A stretch of 63,260 bases of DNA, filler included, from Atractiella rhizophila (taxonomy: Eukaryota): the NCBI GenBank assembly GCA_021432655.1. It is 5 parts of 4 records of this genome, joined end to end, with 100 filler letters (N's around TTAATTAATTAA, not from the genome) between each part and the next. Parts side by side here need not be neighbours in the genome. Positions count along the whole stretch, not along the records: positions 30,121 to 47,169 come from MU271715.1; positions 47,270 to 56,752 come from MU271715.1; 3 more parts are not named here. One strand, given 5' to 3'. A program made the position numbers and the translations under genes. Each line of letters starts with the position of its first letter. Position 1 is the stretch's first letter. This document shows positions 37,059 to 50,160 of the stretch, in pieces. The notes under the pieces are model-generated. The model ran no database searches and was not told the DNA's origin. It worked only from the letters and a program-made list of their open reading frames with translations.

Positions 37059-38458
37059 CTACCACTTTAATTTTCCCTGTTGTGCGTGAGAAGAGTTCTT
37101 CTCCGCTTCCCATCTCTCTCTCGCTTTCGCTTCACCATACTTCCAGCCCGCTTCCTCCAACTCTGAAACGTGACCTTCAAAAATCCACCAACCAGCCAGA
37201 GGTCGCACTGTATCAGTCGTTGCCTTCGTTCCCACCAATCCGGAAACCATGGTTGTCTTGAATTCCTTTCCATTGTCTACCAATCTAACGGGTACTGTGG
37301 CGAAGGACTTTGTCACCGAAGTTTGCTCCATGGCGGGGTAGAGAATGCCGTCAAGTTCGAGAACAATTTTCTGCTCCTCACCATGGTACCGGTAGTAATA
37401 AAATTCGGGATCACCGCTCTTGACTTTAGACGAGTCAAACTGTCGTTTGCCATCTTTACCCCAAAATGAGAAAGCAGTAATCCAACCTGACGTGGATATT
37501 AGTTTGCTTGCAAAGAAAGGACAAGATGCGTACCAGAGTACTCCGGCTCACCGCTTCCTAATGGGCTGGCGGAATAGATTCTGTTCCAGAAATCCTTATT
37601 CTCTTCTCCTTCTGGATCGTCAAATGCGCCAACGAAACGTCTGAGAATGGGCCGCAGGGATTTGGCGAATTGAAATGGTTCCTCCCCAAACTCATCGAAT
37701 CTGTCCAGTTTAGACAGAAGCATTTCCCAGTCCTCCTTCTTCCCTTCCAACGTGACTTCCGGCAATCCACACCTTGTCATAAAACAAGAAATAAAGTAAG
37801 ACTGTAGCGTAGACATCATAAGCACCGCTGCGACGACTTTGTCATTTTCGGTCGTGGTAGAGAACGAAGGGAGGATCCATGACTTCAAGGTGGGGTCAAC
37901 GATATTATTCTCCATCAGCGAAGTCATCCTTTGCGCCATTAACCCAAAGTCAACAGTATAGCGCGTGGTGTTTTCTTCCACCACCACCAATTCTTTCTGG
38001 CCTTTGTGGGAGACAAAGTAACTCCGAAGATTCTCGGAGTTGGCATTGATGAAGAGATTGAACTGGGATAGAATCGTGAGCCTGCACACGTTGAGATTCT
38101 TCTTACTTCACGACTTCGTAGGGAATGAAGGGGACATACCAAACGTCGTCCGGCCGGATCACAACCTTGTGGTGGTGATTGTACGCCAGGACAAGCGTAT
38201 CCTATCATGGCTTCAGGATTACCAGACGCGAGAAAAGATGAGAATACTTACCACGAATCCATTGGCTTGTGGTAGGATTGTCCCCTCTCTGTACTCAGAC
38301 GGTGGAACGGAGCTTTGAAAGATCTCTGGAACCACAACCTGACCGGCATACGGGAGCTCTCTAAACTGGGTCTGTTGAAGGTGCTCGAGCGGATTGGAAA
38401 CCGGGTGTCCCTTTACAGACTCAACTGGTTTAGAACAAGGGTGGAAAGTGACGGGCAT
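37059..38458 (-). CDS. DUF4419 family protein, copy 1
   Basis: NGFV..AYNHHHKVVIRPDDVW..ILSQFNLFINANSE..WILPSFSTTT..CGLPEVTLEG..GWITAF..RPLAGWWIF. Confidence 0.85.
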
Positions 38459-39003
38459 GATGCTCAGAAGCCATCCAGAGGTGATGCTGGCTCGCTTTAT
38501 AAGGCGAGAGAGTTTACGAACGTACTGTTAGAGCCGCAGAGGATCCCTCATACGTGATACCATTAACCCTCACTGGAGCGACGTTGGCATGCCGCATGAC
38601 AGATGTGTTGACACACCGATAATATGATCCAATAGATCGACAAGCATGACCGGATGACCTCTAGCTGACTCCTTACGCTAGCATACTGACAAGGGACACT
38701 TTTTCTCGAGCCTCTTCAAAGTGCATAAGATGCAATAACTACAAATTAGATTCTTTCGCTTTGTCGAGTTCAACCCTGAATCAGTTCCTGCAACCCAAGG
38801 AGTAGCGTAATTTTCTTCTCTGTCTCACGAAATCAGCTTTGTCACATTGGATAAGGCATTGGTTACATCACAAAGACAGAAAGTACAATTCCAGCAAGAG
38901 AAAATGGAAACATAAGTTGCAGGTCCTAAGAAGTCATTAACTACCACTTCGATCCCCAGGGTGGTACCTTGGACATCCGCTTCTCGACTCTGTATGTTTT
39001 CGC

Positions 39004-40314
39004 TCAAGCATCCTTCCTCATCGCCACTTCTTTCCAATTTGAAACGTCACCTTCAAAAATCCACCAGCCGGCTAGAGGTCGTACAGCGTCCCTCGTTGCT
39101 CTTGTTCCCACCAAACCGGAAACCATGGTTGCGTTGAATTCCGCTCCATTGTCGATCAATCTAACAGGCACACTAGCGAAAGACCTGGTGACTGACTCTT
39201 CGAGCATGGTGGGGTAGCAGATGCCATCTAGTTCCAGGACATTTTGTTGGCCAACACCGACGGGAAAGAAGTCATCATATTTAGGGGGACCTCTCTTGAC
39301 TTTTGAAGAGTCAAACTGTCGTTTGCCATCCTTATCCCAAAAAGAAAAAGCCGTAATCCACCCTGATGTTCACGTTAGCTTGCTGGCGAAAAAAGGTGAA
39401 AATGCCTACCAGAATACTCGGGGTCGCCGCTTCCCAATAGGCTGGAAGAATAGATTCTGTTCCAAAAATCCTTATTCTCTTCTCCTTCGGGATCTTCAAA
39501 AGCGCTGACAAAGCGTCTGAGGATTGGTCTCAAGCATTTAGCAAATTGGATCGGTTCTTCCCCAAACTCATCGAATCTGTCCAGTTTGTCGAGAAGCATC
39601 TCCCAATCCTCCTTCTTTCCTTCTAACGTGACCTCTGGCAGTCCACAAAATGTCATAAAATCATAAGCGAAATAAGACTGCAGGGTCGACATCATGAGCA
39701 CGGCAGAGACAACGGTGTCGTTGTCGGTGGTGGTGGAGAAGGAAGGGAGAATCCAAGCCTTCAGGGTAGGGTCGACGATGCTGGCCTCGATCTGGGAAGT
39801 CATCCTTTGCGCCATTACCCCAAAGTCGACGGTGTAGCGAGTGCCATCTTCTAAAACCACCAATTGTTTCTTGCCTTTGTGAGAGACAAAGTAACTCCGA
39901 AGAGTATCAGAGTTAGCATTGACGAAGAGATTGAACTGAGATAAAATCGTGATCCTGTATAGGTAAGTCCATGTAAATATCATTCGAGATTAATAGGGCA
40001 AACCAAACGTCGTCCGGCCGGATCACTACCTTGTGATGGTAGTTGTATGCTAGGACAAGCGTATCCTACCATGATTGAGCATCATCAGACACGAGGAGGA
40101 TACTGATTACCACAAATCCGTTGCTCTGAGGTAGTATTGCTCCGTCTCTATAATCAGTAGGCGAGACGGAGCACTGAAAGATCTCTGGGACTATCTGATC
40201 TGCATTGTCAATGTCTCCGAACTGTGTCTGCTGCAAATGCTGCAGTGGGTTGGAGACAGAATCAGCATTAACAGGTTCGGCTAGTTTAGAACAAGGGTGG
40301 AAGGTGACAGGCAT
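39004..40314 (-). CDS. DUF4419 family protein, copy 2 (tandem paralogue)
   Basis: Same exon structure and motifs as copy 1. Confidence 0.85.
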
Positions 40315-41654
40315 GACACGCAGAAGTGGTCGGCCCTGGTGGTTATTTCAGGAAGCTTGAGGAGGGTGGCAGTCACCAACGAACGGCCAGAGCCACAGAC
40401 TATAACGGTGATACAATTGATGCAATCACTGACCTGACCTCCCAAACACGGGCCTGTGGATCCTTCTGCAGGGTGCCTGAAATCGGATTCAGGAAGTCAA
40501 TAACATTCCAACATCTGGACTGATAAGGAAAGGTCTGACGTGCGGTTCACTGTCCTCACGACCCTTTGCAAGACAGCAAAGTCCAAACAAATCTCCCTTG
40601 TCCAGAAATTGATTTCTAAGCTGTGTGAGATTAGACACACAGGCTTGCCCTCTTTCACTTCGCCTTTCGTTTGCTTCGTTTCTAGCATCGCAGGTAATGG
40701 TTGAGCTCTATTTTAACTTCGACAGATCATCTATTGCTCACAAGCTCAAAAGCTGCTAGGGAAAGGCACTCTGGCAAGATCATGCAAACGAAACAACTTA
40801 TCCAAGGAAGTCTCAACTTCTCCACCAGGTGTTAATATTCGCACGTGGAGATAAAGGGCTTCTTTTCATAAACACATCGCATGAACGATAAGTTTCAAGA
40901 AGGTCTCAAGCTTCGTCGTTGCTTTGATCTACCTTGCTTTCGACTCCATTCGTCCACATTTGAACGGTCGTATCAAAATCCCTGGTTCTGCTTCTCTCAA
41001 CTCCTTTTGTCCCATTTGTTCGTTAGATTGCTACGGAATCCGTTCCTCACAGCCTGACATACTTCTTGTTTGTCTGAGTTATAGAAGGCGCATCTCTCCA
41101 TAGTGACCTGACTAGATTACGTCGATGACTATCCTTGTTAAACATCCGTCATCCCAACAGATTCTCACTATCATCGTTGTGAGCGCAGCCAAATGGTCTG
41201 CCAGTTGGGGAAAATTCCGCTGGGAGAGGGAAGAGAAGAAAGGAGATCATGATATCCTAATGATCATATAACAGGAGTTGCAAAACGGAACAACCGCACC
41301 ACGGCAAGAAACAGCTGCAACGTTGGCCAGAAGCTTATGATACAGCATGTCATCCTTAAATCAATCAAATCTCCATCTCCATTCCCTCCCCTTGTATGAA
41401 GTTATGCAGTCATCAACACGAATCAAGGATCATCAATAATCATTATTCACTGCTGGCGTTAACGACTCCGCCGGAATTTAACCTGAACCAGATCTGAACG
41501 ACCAGCAGTTCGCTCCCCCCAACTCCTCCACTTGCCAATTCTCCTTCCTGACAGCATCCTTGGCCTGCAGCTGTGCTGCTTCTGAATTTTGGTCAAGTGG
41601 GCTCTCTCCTGCGTAACACAGACACAATCCTCACCAGGACTACTCAGGAATACG

Positions 41655-44600
41655 ATGGAGAAGAAGATGACCCTCCTCGGAAAACTCACCAACTCGCGAG
41701 GGCGAAACCGTTCCGAAGCCCAGGTGGACGACCTTTATCCTCCACCGTCTCGTTCGAGGAAGAGCAGTCTAGACCGTTCGGAAGGAGCGTCGTTCCGGAG
41801 TCGAGCCGCTTCCCTTTTCGGAAAAGTTTCTTCAGATGAGAGGAGGGAGGAAGAGCGCGGAAGGGCCGTATCTCTGATGGGGGACGATTCGAGGGAACGT
41901 CGCCGCCAATGGGCGTCAGAAACCGGAACTGCTTCTTCTACAGCCCTCCCACTGGAAGCGGCCTTCGAATCGATTCCAAGACCTTCGCTGGCGCGAAGTG
42001 GCACGGCGGAGATGGGAGAGGGAGAGCTTAACCTGGAACATTTGGATAGGGCGGGATATGGGGAGGGTTTGGGACTGACGCCGGAGCTCATCATCGCACC
42101 AGGGACACCCTCAGGAAGCGAGATGGAGCTGAAAACTTCCCCCACCCAGGTCCCAGACTCTATGGACCCGCAGGCTCGGAAGGCACCTTCGAGACAGGTG
42201 TCGTTTACAAGGAGTACCGACGGAGGAGGAATGAATTCGCCAACGGGCTCTCTCCCGGCGAAGATGAAACGGTTGGACAGCTCCACCACCAGCCTTTCTG
42301 TAGACACCAACTCTCTCAATCACGACTCCAATGCCAGTTCCCTCCAGTCCCCCGAAACACACATGACCCCCATCTCTCCTCGTCGAAGGCAACCCACAAC
42401 TCCAGCGAGCGCACGTCCCCGATCCAACACCGGGACGAAGACACGAACTCGTGGCCCCTCCATCGCCGGCGCTCTCGCCATGCCGGGAGTCCAGATGGCC
42501 CTATCGAATGTAGCTCAATCCCCGCCGTTCGGCCCTAAAATACCCCAGTCGTCGTCTCCCCCGCCGAAAAGCGATTCGAACGGAAGCGACTTTGACTACA
42601 ACGAGTTTTCGGACGGCGCTCTGAATGGCATGCTCAGTTTGGACGCACTAAGCGATCTTGATGATATTATGGCTCAGTTGGGACCGGGATATGCGTTCGC
42701 CAGCGCGAAGAGGAATACGGATTTTCATAATCTGTTCAAGATCATACCACCCGAAGATTCGTTGATTGAGGATTATGGGTGCGCCTTGCAGAGGGAGATC
42801 CTATTACAGGGACGACTGTACATCTCGGAACAACACCTCTGCTTTCACGCTAATATTTTCGGCTGGGTGACGAATGTGGGTGCTCACGTGCAACCATGCC
42901 TGAACTTTAAAGCTGATGTCATGGTGGGGGCTCACAGCTCATCATCCCATTCGCAGAAGTTGTAACCATCGAAAAGCGGATGACTGCTTTTGTCATCCCC
43001 AATGCGATCCAAATCTCGACTTTGAACAGTAGAGTATGTAATCCTCGCTTTGATATTCTAAGCTTCGCGCCCATTTACCGTTCTGCTTACAGAACACCTT
43101 CGCCTCTTTCCTCTCCCGAGATACGACCTACGATCTCATTAGCAACATCTGGAAGTTCACACATCCTGGCGTCCCCTTCTCCGCTGCTCTCCCAGACACA
43201 GTAGAACCTCAAGCGGATAGTGAGCCGGAATCCGAAGTAGAGGCGGAGGAGGAGCCGAAAAAGAAAGGGAAAAGGAAGAAAGCCCGGCGGAAGAAGACAC
43301 TGATGAATATGGGCGGCGGCTCTAGCTCGAATAACCAGTCGAACGAGCAAATCATCACCCTTGACACCAATCTCAAACCTGCTGGCCAACTCAGCCCTAT
43401 ACTCTCTCCTCGCAAACTGGCTCACCCGGCAACACAGTGTAAATGTATGAAAGAGAAAACTCATTATAAGGAGGTTGCGATGGATGCGACTTGTACGTCT
43501 TTGCACTCGCTCCCTCTTCCTGCTTGCTCCCTTGGCTGAAGGTGCTACACAGTTCCTAGTCCACCAGAGAAAATCTACAACCTCATGTTTACATCTACTT
43601 TCATGTCCGTCTTAACCTCGTACAATGGGCAGCTCTGATAGTTTTGGCTTTCAGGAAGGGTTTCTGGGTCGACAATCAAAAGCTACAAGGTATTATCACC
43701 CTTCCCCGAGAACATCGGAACTCACATGCTGTGTTAGACCTCGAAATATCGGATTGGGCTCCGGAAAAAACAGGTAGTCATTTGCTCGCACGTTCCATGA
43801 GCTACGTCAAACCACTCAATGCACCTGTCGGTCCAAAGTCTACGAAGGTGCGTGTATTACCCATCCTTCAAACAAATCGCGCTTAGCAGAAATACAGTGT
43901 CACATCAAAGATGAGGTATGCGTTTACATGCTCGGCTCACCTTAAATCCTAACATTCCCTAGACCCTCTACGTTGACTTTGACGACTACGTGTCTGTGCT
44001 AACCGTCACCAAAACTCCTGACGTACGCTGCATTGTCCTTTGGTCAATTCTAACGCAGCGCTAAACTGTCGTATAGGTTCCATCGGGGAAGAGCTTCTCA
44101 GTGGAGACGCGAACATGCATGATGTGGGCGAGGAATCAAGGTTGTCGAGTAATTGTGACCACTAGTGTGAAGTGGACTGGAAGCAGTTTCATCAAGGGTG
44201 AGCTTTTTCTATGCTGAGGATCACTGGGCCGAGCAGCATATAGGAATCATTGACCGGTCGGCCGTTGATGGACAAAAAACCTTTCACGCTGAACTAGAAA
44301 AGGAAATGCGAGCCTACATTGCAGCTCACCCTTCTGAGTTCAAGTCCGAAGGTGTAGAAGATGACGGGACCACTCCTAACACTTTCGACGACCTCCTTGC
44401 TCCGTCCAGCAACGACGTCACACCGGCTATTCACGAGGGAACGGCGGGAGACAAAGAACTTCTCGACTCCGAAAAATCAACGTACTCCTTCTTCACCAAA
44501 TGTACCGATCTCATCAATCCCATCGTTGGCTTCATATCCGACGTTGTCAATGGTTTCGGCGACTTATTCGGAATATCACTTTGGAACCTTGCAATCCTCT

Positions 44601-44977
44601 CCCTCATCCTCACTCTCATTGTCAGCAACGTATGGACGCTTTCGTCTCTACGCGTAGTCTCCAGAGCCCAGAAAAGTACTTTAAAGCACCTGTCGCCTGC
44701 TCCAATCGCGCACAAGTCGGGTGCACAGGATTTCTTCAAGGAAGAATTGACGGAATGGCTTAGAAAGCACGACCTCGTCCCTGTTTCCACGTCGATAGAA
44801 GTGATTGCAGCGCCAGAGAGCGAAGTTGGCCCCACACCCCACACTTCGGAAAATCTGAAGGAGGAAGTTCAGGAGTTATTGCGTTTGTTGCAGAGCATCG
44901 AGAATAGGGCAAAGGATCTGAAGGAGCATCTATCTGCTCAGTTGCAAACAGTACCCATCGATTCAGTTAATTCGTAG
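41655..44977 (+). CDS. GRAM + VASt/StARkin domain sterol transfer protein (Lam/Ysp2-like)
   Basis: KRNTDFHNLF..LIEDYGCALQREILLQGRLYISE..FHANIFGW (GRAM), R-MSYVKPLNAPVGPKSTK and TPDVPSG (VASt), and a C-terminal TM segment. Confidence 0.9.
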
Positions 44978-45200
44978 TGTTATACCGTAGTTTTATATAT
45001 CATAATAGCAAATAATTCAGTACAGGCATCTGCTGATTCTGTTCCTCATCTCCAAACGGCGGGGAAAATGCAGTTGAATGCAGCTATGCGCGTTCTAGTG
45101 GTACAATGCGAAGTAATGCGACGACATCGAAACAAGAAGCTGAAAATATACTGAGCACGTCAAAAACGAACTAGAAGCAAAAGGTGATGAACAACCTTGG

Positions 45201-47169
45201 TCAGAGCTTGGGAGTGTAACTCCTACCTGAACTCCCACTCGCTTGCCTCCTTCCGATCTCCTGTTGTCGACGACTCATCCCTAAAGGCTGCATCTGCCAC
45301 TGAACATCCTTCAACGCCTTCGTCACCGGCTTCCAATTCCTATATTGCTCTCGAAGCGTGTTCAGCTCATCACCGAATAGTTCTTGCACTTTCGGATCCT
45401 CTACCAACCCTGTAGAATTCATCAAGACGAGCTCAAGATGGAATCGATTAACCCGTACCTCGAAGGGCCCAAGGGACATTATAAGGGTTCGGTTTAGCGC
45501 GAGGATCGTACGCTTCGAAGATGGGAGATTCCAACCGGGTAGGAGGAGGGATGGACGTCGAAGTTGGTGGTTCAAAGCCGGATGAGCACTCGAAATGATA
45601 TCGGACACAGATGCTACATCGATTCGTCAGTACATCGACATAAACCAAACATGGGAGCTCACTCATAAACTTCTCTTTCCTTATAAATGGTGGAATGTCC
45701 AACACCAGTTAGAGAACCGGAGAGCGCGTCACTGAGATAGAAGATCAAGCCATGATCGTCCAATCCTGCGTTCTTTAGGCGGAGAGCGAAGACAATGAGG
45801 TTGGCGATAAAGTCGATGCTTTGGAAGGCCTCGGCATCAATGAAAACTGCGCGCAGTATGGATGGGTGAGAGACAGATGACAAGACGCCTGACCCTTATG
45901 TCAGCTTCGAATGCTGAAAAGTGACCAAACTGACCAGAATACAAGGGGACGACTTGATCGTTCAAGCTGCCGACCAGGGTTATTTTGACCCTAGAATTGT
46001 GTTCAGAAGCGTTCTTCGACTGACGGATGCAAAAGCTCACCCATTCTGTAGAATGATGTCTAACGAGTTCTTGTAGCTAAGTTGAACCTGACTGTCTGGG
46101 TCCTGAAAAGCGAAGAGTTCCCTAGCTGCATCCGATTCGAACCTGAGATAATTCTGAAAGTAAAAATTCTTGTTCAAATGGGTGACTGTCCGTACGAGTT
46201 CTTGTAGCTAAGTTGAACCTGACTGTCTGGGTCCTGAAAAGCGAAGAGTTCCCTAGCTGCATCCGATTCGAACCTGAGATAATTCTGAAAGTAAAAGTTC
46301 TTGTTCAAATGGGTGACTGTCCGTCGCATCAGCATCGTCAAACTATGCAGTAGTAGGGGACAAGTGACGAACAAGGTCCAGCGGCAACGGCGGCCATGCA
46401 CACCATCGAAACATGCGAAGCCGTAACTTGCTTTTGTTCTATCAACCTTGCCAACAGGTGCGTTGACACGATCGAGCCTTGGGAATGCGTGGCTACGAAT
46501 ACAGCGTCCGCTCTAGCGAGTGCTTCTACCCAGTCTTTCTTCTTTGTCAGCTGGTTGTACAACAAATCGACCTGGACCACCTTCAATCGCTCGCCCAGAA
46601 GCCTGAAATCGAGGACGCACTCGATCATCTACTTTTCCTTCTCCTTCTAAGGGCATCCCGACTATCGCTTCTGGATTGAGCGTCAACCCTCTTTTCTCGA
46701 AGTATATCTGGGAGAAAGTCAACACAGCCGAGGGAGAGGCGAACCACATACTCGGATGGCAGCAATCATCTCGCTCGTGAACTTCACACTCGTTCCCGTC
46801 GGCTCCCCAATGATCCTACTCGCCCACTGCGCAGGGAACCATCCTTTCGCGGACTCTCAGCACTGACCACGATCGAGCCGAAGGAGGGAACTCACCATGG
46901 ATTCCAATGACAACGATCGTCTTCATCTGTGCAAGCTTCGACAAGCTCTCCATCCCCATGACCTCGTAAGCCTTAGGTAAACTCTCCCCCACATGTTTCG
47001 TCAACTTCAACTCCTCCCTTTGCTTCTGCTTCGCCGCCGCCGCATCCTTCAATATCGTCTCGTTCGGAGGCTGAGAGAAGAAATATGAGCCTACGACCGA
47101 GAGCGCTCGAGTGAGTCCGGATTGAGGGATGGGGAACGACCGAGGGGGTTTGAGGAACGTATCTTCGAA
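45201..47169 (-). CDS. YML020W-like uncharacterised alpha/beta-hydrolase-like protein, 5' partial, carrying an internal 131-bp duplication
   Basis: IVVIGIHGWFP, GEPTGTSVKF, PLEGEGKV, VATHSQGSIVS, GSLNDQVVPLYS, LRLKNAGLDDHGL, GVGHSTIY and NPYNVPWALRG. Confidence 0.8.
46063..46323. repeat. Near-perfect tandem duplication, 131-bp unit
   Basis: acgagttcttgtagctaag...ggtgactgtccgt starts at 46063 and 46194. One visible substitution (aaaattct vs aaagttct). Confidence 0.92.
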
Positions 47170-47976
47170 NNNNNNNNNNNNNNNNNNNNNNNNNNNNNNN
47201 NNNNNNNNNNNNNTTAATTAATTAANNNNNNNNNNNNNNNNNNNNNNNNNNNNNNNNNNNNNNNNNNNNGGGAGTTTGAAACGAAGTGGATGAATTGCCC
47301 CATGCAAATTAGGTTTAGCATAAGACGTCGCCCTTCCTCCAGGCACAAAATTCGCAAATTCGCAGCCACGAGCGAGCTCACTCTCCTTAAAGCACCCACC
47401 ACTCTCTGTTCTGTCTGTTTTGTCCCCTTCCTTTTCTTTCTCCAAGCAAGGTCTTTCTCAAACTCTTCCGAGTCCACCCTCGAAGGTTTTCTCTAGACAT
47501 CGTTTTCATAGGGTGCTTGCGCTCCAGAGATCAGAAAGAAAGACAGTCCGCTAGCGGTTTATTGGTCAGTCCTGCTCTCCTCTCCGTTGGTTGCATCTGT
47601 ATCTGGGTGGTGCTTTATTACGTTTTCCTTCCGTGGCTGCGTTCTGCTGCGACGCCCCCACTTGCCACATGACGTTGCAGCCTGCTTCGAGAAGCTTCAC
47701 AGTGTTCTCTCCGCTCCTTCCATGATTTTTCTTCATAGAGGAGAAGGAAAGATGTTTTCAGCTACAGTTTTGATCAAAGTTTGGTTCGGAAAAGATGACG
47801 TTCGGCGAGCGATAAGCAATCTGAGCTCGACAGAAACTAACAGATGGGTTGGGATGGGAAACAGCTTCAGAGCCAGGCGCAAAGTCGCTTTTACCACTTC
47901 CATTTACGAGCCCTACCGTTTCGTCTAATCAAACCAAACAACCCAACCTTCCTTCGTTTCAATTCAATCGATCGAC

Positions 47977-50160
47977 ATGCCTTCCGCATCCAAGATCCTC
48001 GTTTCTGCCCTCCTCTTCCTCTCCTCCACCGTCGCCGCTCAAGACGGAGGCATCGGAGCCAGCGTCCAAGGCTTCTCCACCGTCCAAGGCACTCCCGCCG
48101 CCGCCACCCCCGCCTCATCCTCCTCCGATGACGCCTCCGCCGCGAAGGCCACCCCTGCTCCGATCGTCAACGGTGATTCTGGATCTGGAGGAATCGGCGC
48201 AAGCCCCCTCGGACCCGTTTCCACTGGCGTCTTCCCCGCCTCTGCTTCTGCCGGAGGTGTCCTCGGCGTAGATGGTGGATCGTCTGGAGATAGCTCCTCC
48301 TCGTCCAAGGAGGACCCGAAGGCGACCATCACGGCCAGCGCGAAGGGAAGCGAAGAGACGTCGAGCGAGTCCAGCTCGTGCTCCGGCGATTGCTGTAACA
48401 ACGACTGTGGATCCTCCGATAACAGTGGGATGTCGATGGAGTATGGTGGATGCAGTGGATATGGATGTGATAGCGTTGGATCGTACGACTGTTCCATGTA
48501 CGATTGGTACTGCGACGCGTCTTACGGTTACTCCCATGGATACTCAAAGAACGAGTGTGTCCTATATGTTTTCTCGATATGGACTTATTACTGAACGTTA
48601 CGCAGTTGTTCTTCGTACGGAGAGTCCTGCTCCGTCTCTACCGTCAAGACAGTCTCTGTATGTTCACTTTTTTCGTTGGTAAATGGAGCTCGTCCTGATG
48701 GAAACAATAGATCGTTGAGAAGATCATCAAGACGAAGACACTTCACATCATTAAGACCATGTTCGAGACCATGACCGAGACCAAGAGTACGTCTGAATCC
48801 CCTCAGATATGCATTGAGTAACAATATTGCGCAGCCGAGACCGATACTGTCACTGAAAGTGCGTTGCTCTCGTTACATCCCGGCCTCCCTGCTGACTGTT
48901 GTCTAATAGCTGAGAAGTCCACCGTCACGAAGACGAAGGAGGTTCCCACCACTGTTCATGTCACCGAGACTGCGACCATGAGTTCGTATCCCACGTCCGT
49001 GTTACAATTGTGCTAACCCTCTTTGATAGCTGAGACCGCCACTGAGACTGCCATCAAGAAGGTTGTCCGTAAGCTCCAAATCACTTCTCTAACTTATTTG
49101 CAACACTAATCCAAATGAATCCAGAAACTGAGACCATGACCTCCGTCGAAGTTGTTCCCACCACCATCGTGAAAGATCGCACCGTCACGATGAAAGAAAG
49201 TGCGTGTCCTTCCCTCTCCTTCTATTGCAATTCTGATGCTGTGAGCTTAGCCGATGTTGTCACTGATGTCGAGACCGCCACCAAGACTGAAAAGGAAATC
49301 CATACCGTCATTGAGACCTCCGTCTACGTCGCTCCTACCACCGTCATTTCTCAATGGATCACCACCAAGACCGTTGACAAGACCAAGCTCGTCGAGAGCA
49401 CCGTTGTCAGCACTAGCGGTAGGTCTCCTGACTGCCAACCGTTTCTCCCCACTCATAATTGAATGATACAGTTGCCGACCGCACCGTTACTGAGGAAGTC
49501 ACCAAGACCGAAGTCGTGGATTCTCAACAAACCAGCTCGTACGACAACGGCTACAACAACGGTTACGGCGGCTACAACTCCGAGTACGACTGCACGAAAT
49601 ACGTGACCGTTTGCGAGTCGTGCGTTGTTTTCTCTTCTAATTGAAGAACTCAGCTGATTGACGCGTCCTCTCTGTACAGCTCGTCCTACGGTAAGGGATA
49701 CAGCAAGGAGATCTGCAAGACCTACAAGCAGTACTGCGACTCCTACTACGGCTACAGCTCCTCTGGCTGCTACGAGAAGTCGTGCGGTCACGATGGCAAG
49801 CAGGCTTACCCCATGGACGGCTGCAGTGGATACTGTCCTTCCCACTCCAGCGACTCATCTTCCTACGGCTGCAAGGGTAACGATTGTGCTTCATCCGATT
49901 CCTCTATGAGCTACAACAACGGAGGAGGATCTTATAACTACGGGTGGGTCCCCTCGCCCCCTTTCTCCTGGCTTGATTACTTGTGCTGATTAGTTGTTCG
50001 TAACAGATCTTACAACGGAGAGGGTATCGGAATGTCAGCCAACAAGCCCCCCAGCTGTGACGGTTGCGAGTCCTCCCACGACAACAGCTCTTCCGACTAC
50101 TCCTACAAGAAGTCGAAGCGGACTACCCACAACGGCGTCAAGCTCAACTTTCACTCGTAA
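47977..50160 (+). CDS. Secreted Ser/Thr/Val-rich protein with Cys/Tyr/Gly-rich segments (cell-wall or adhesin-like)
   Basis: Signal peptide MPSASKILVSALLFLSSTVAA, T/V/E/K-rich stalk (TVTET-type repeats), many short exons with GT-AG introns and C-ending codon bias. Confidence 0.75.
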
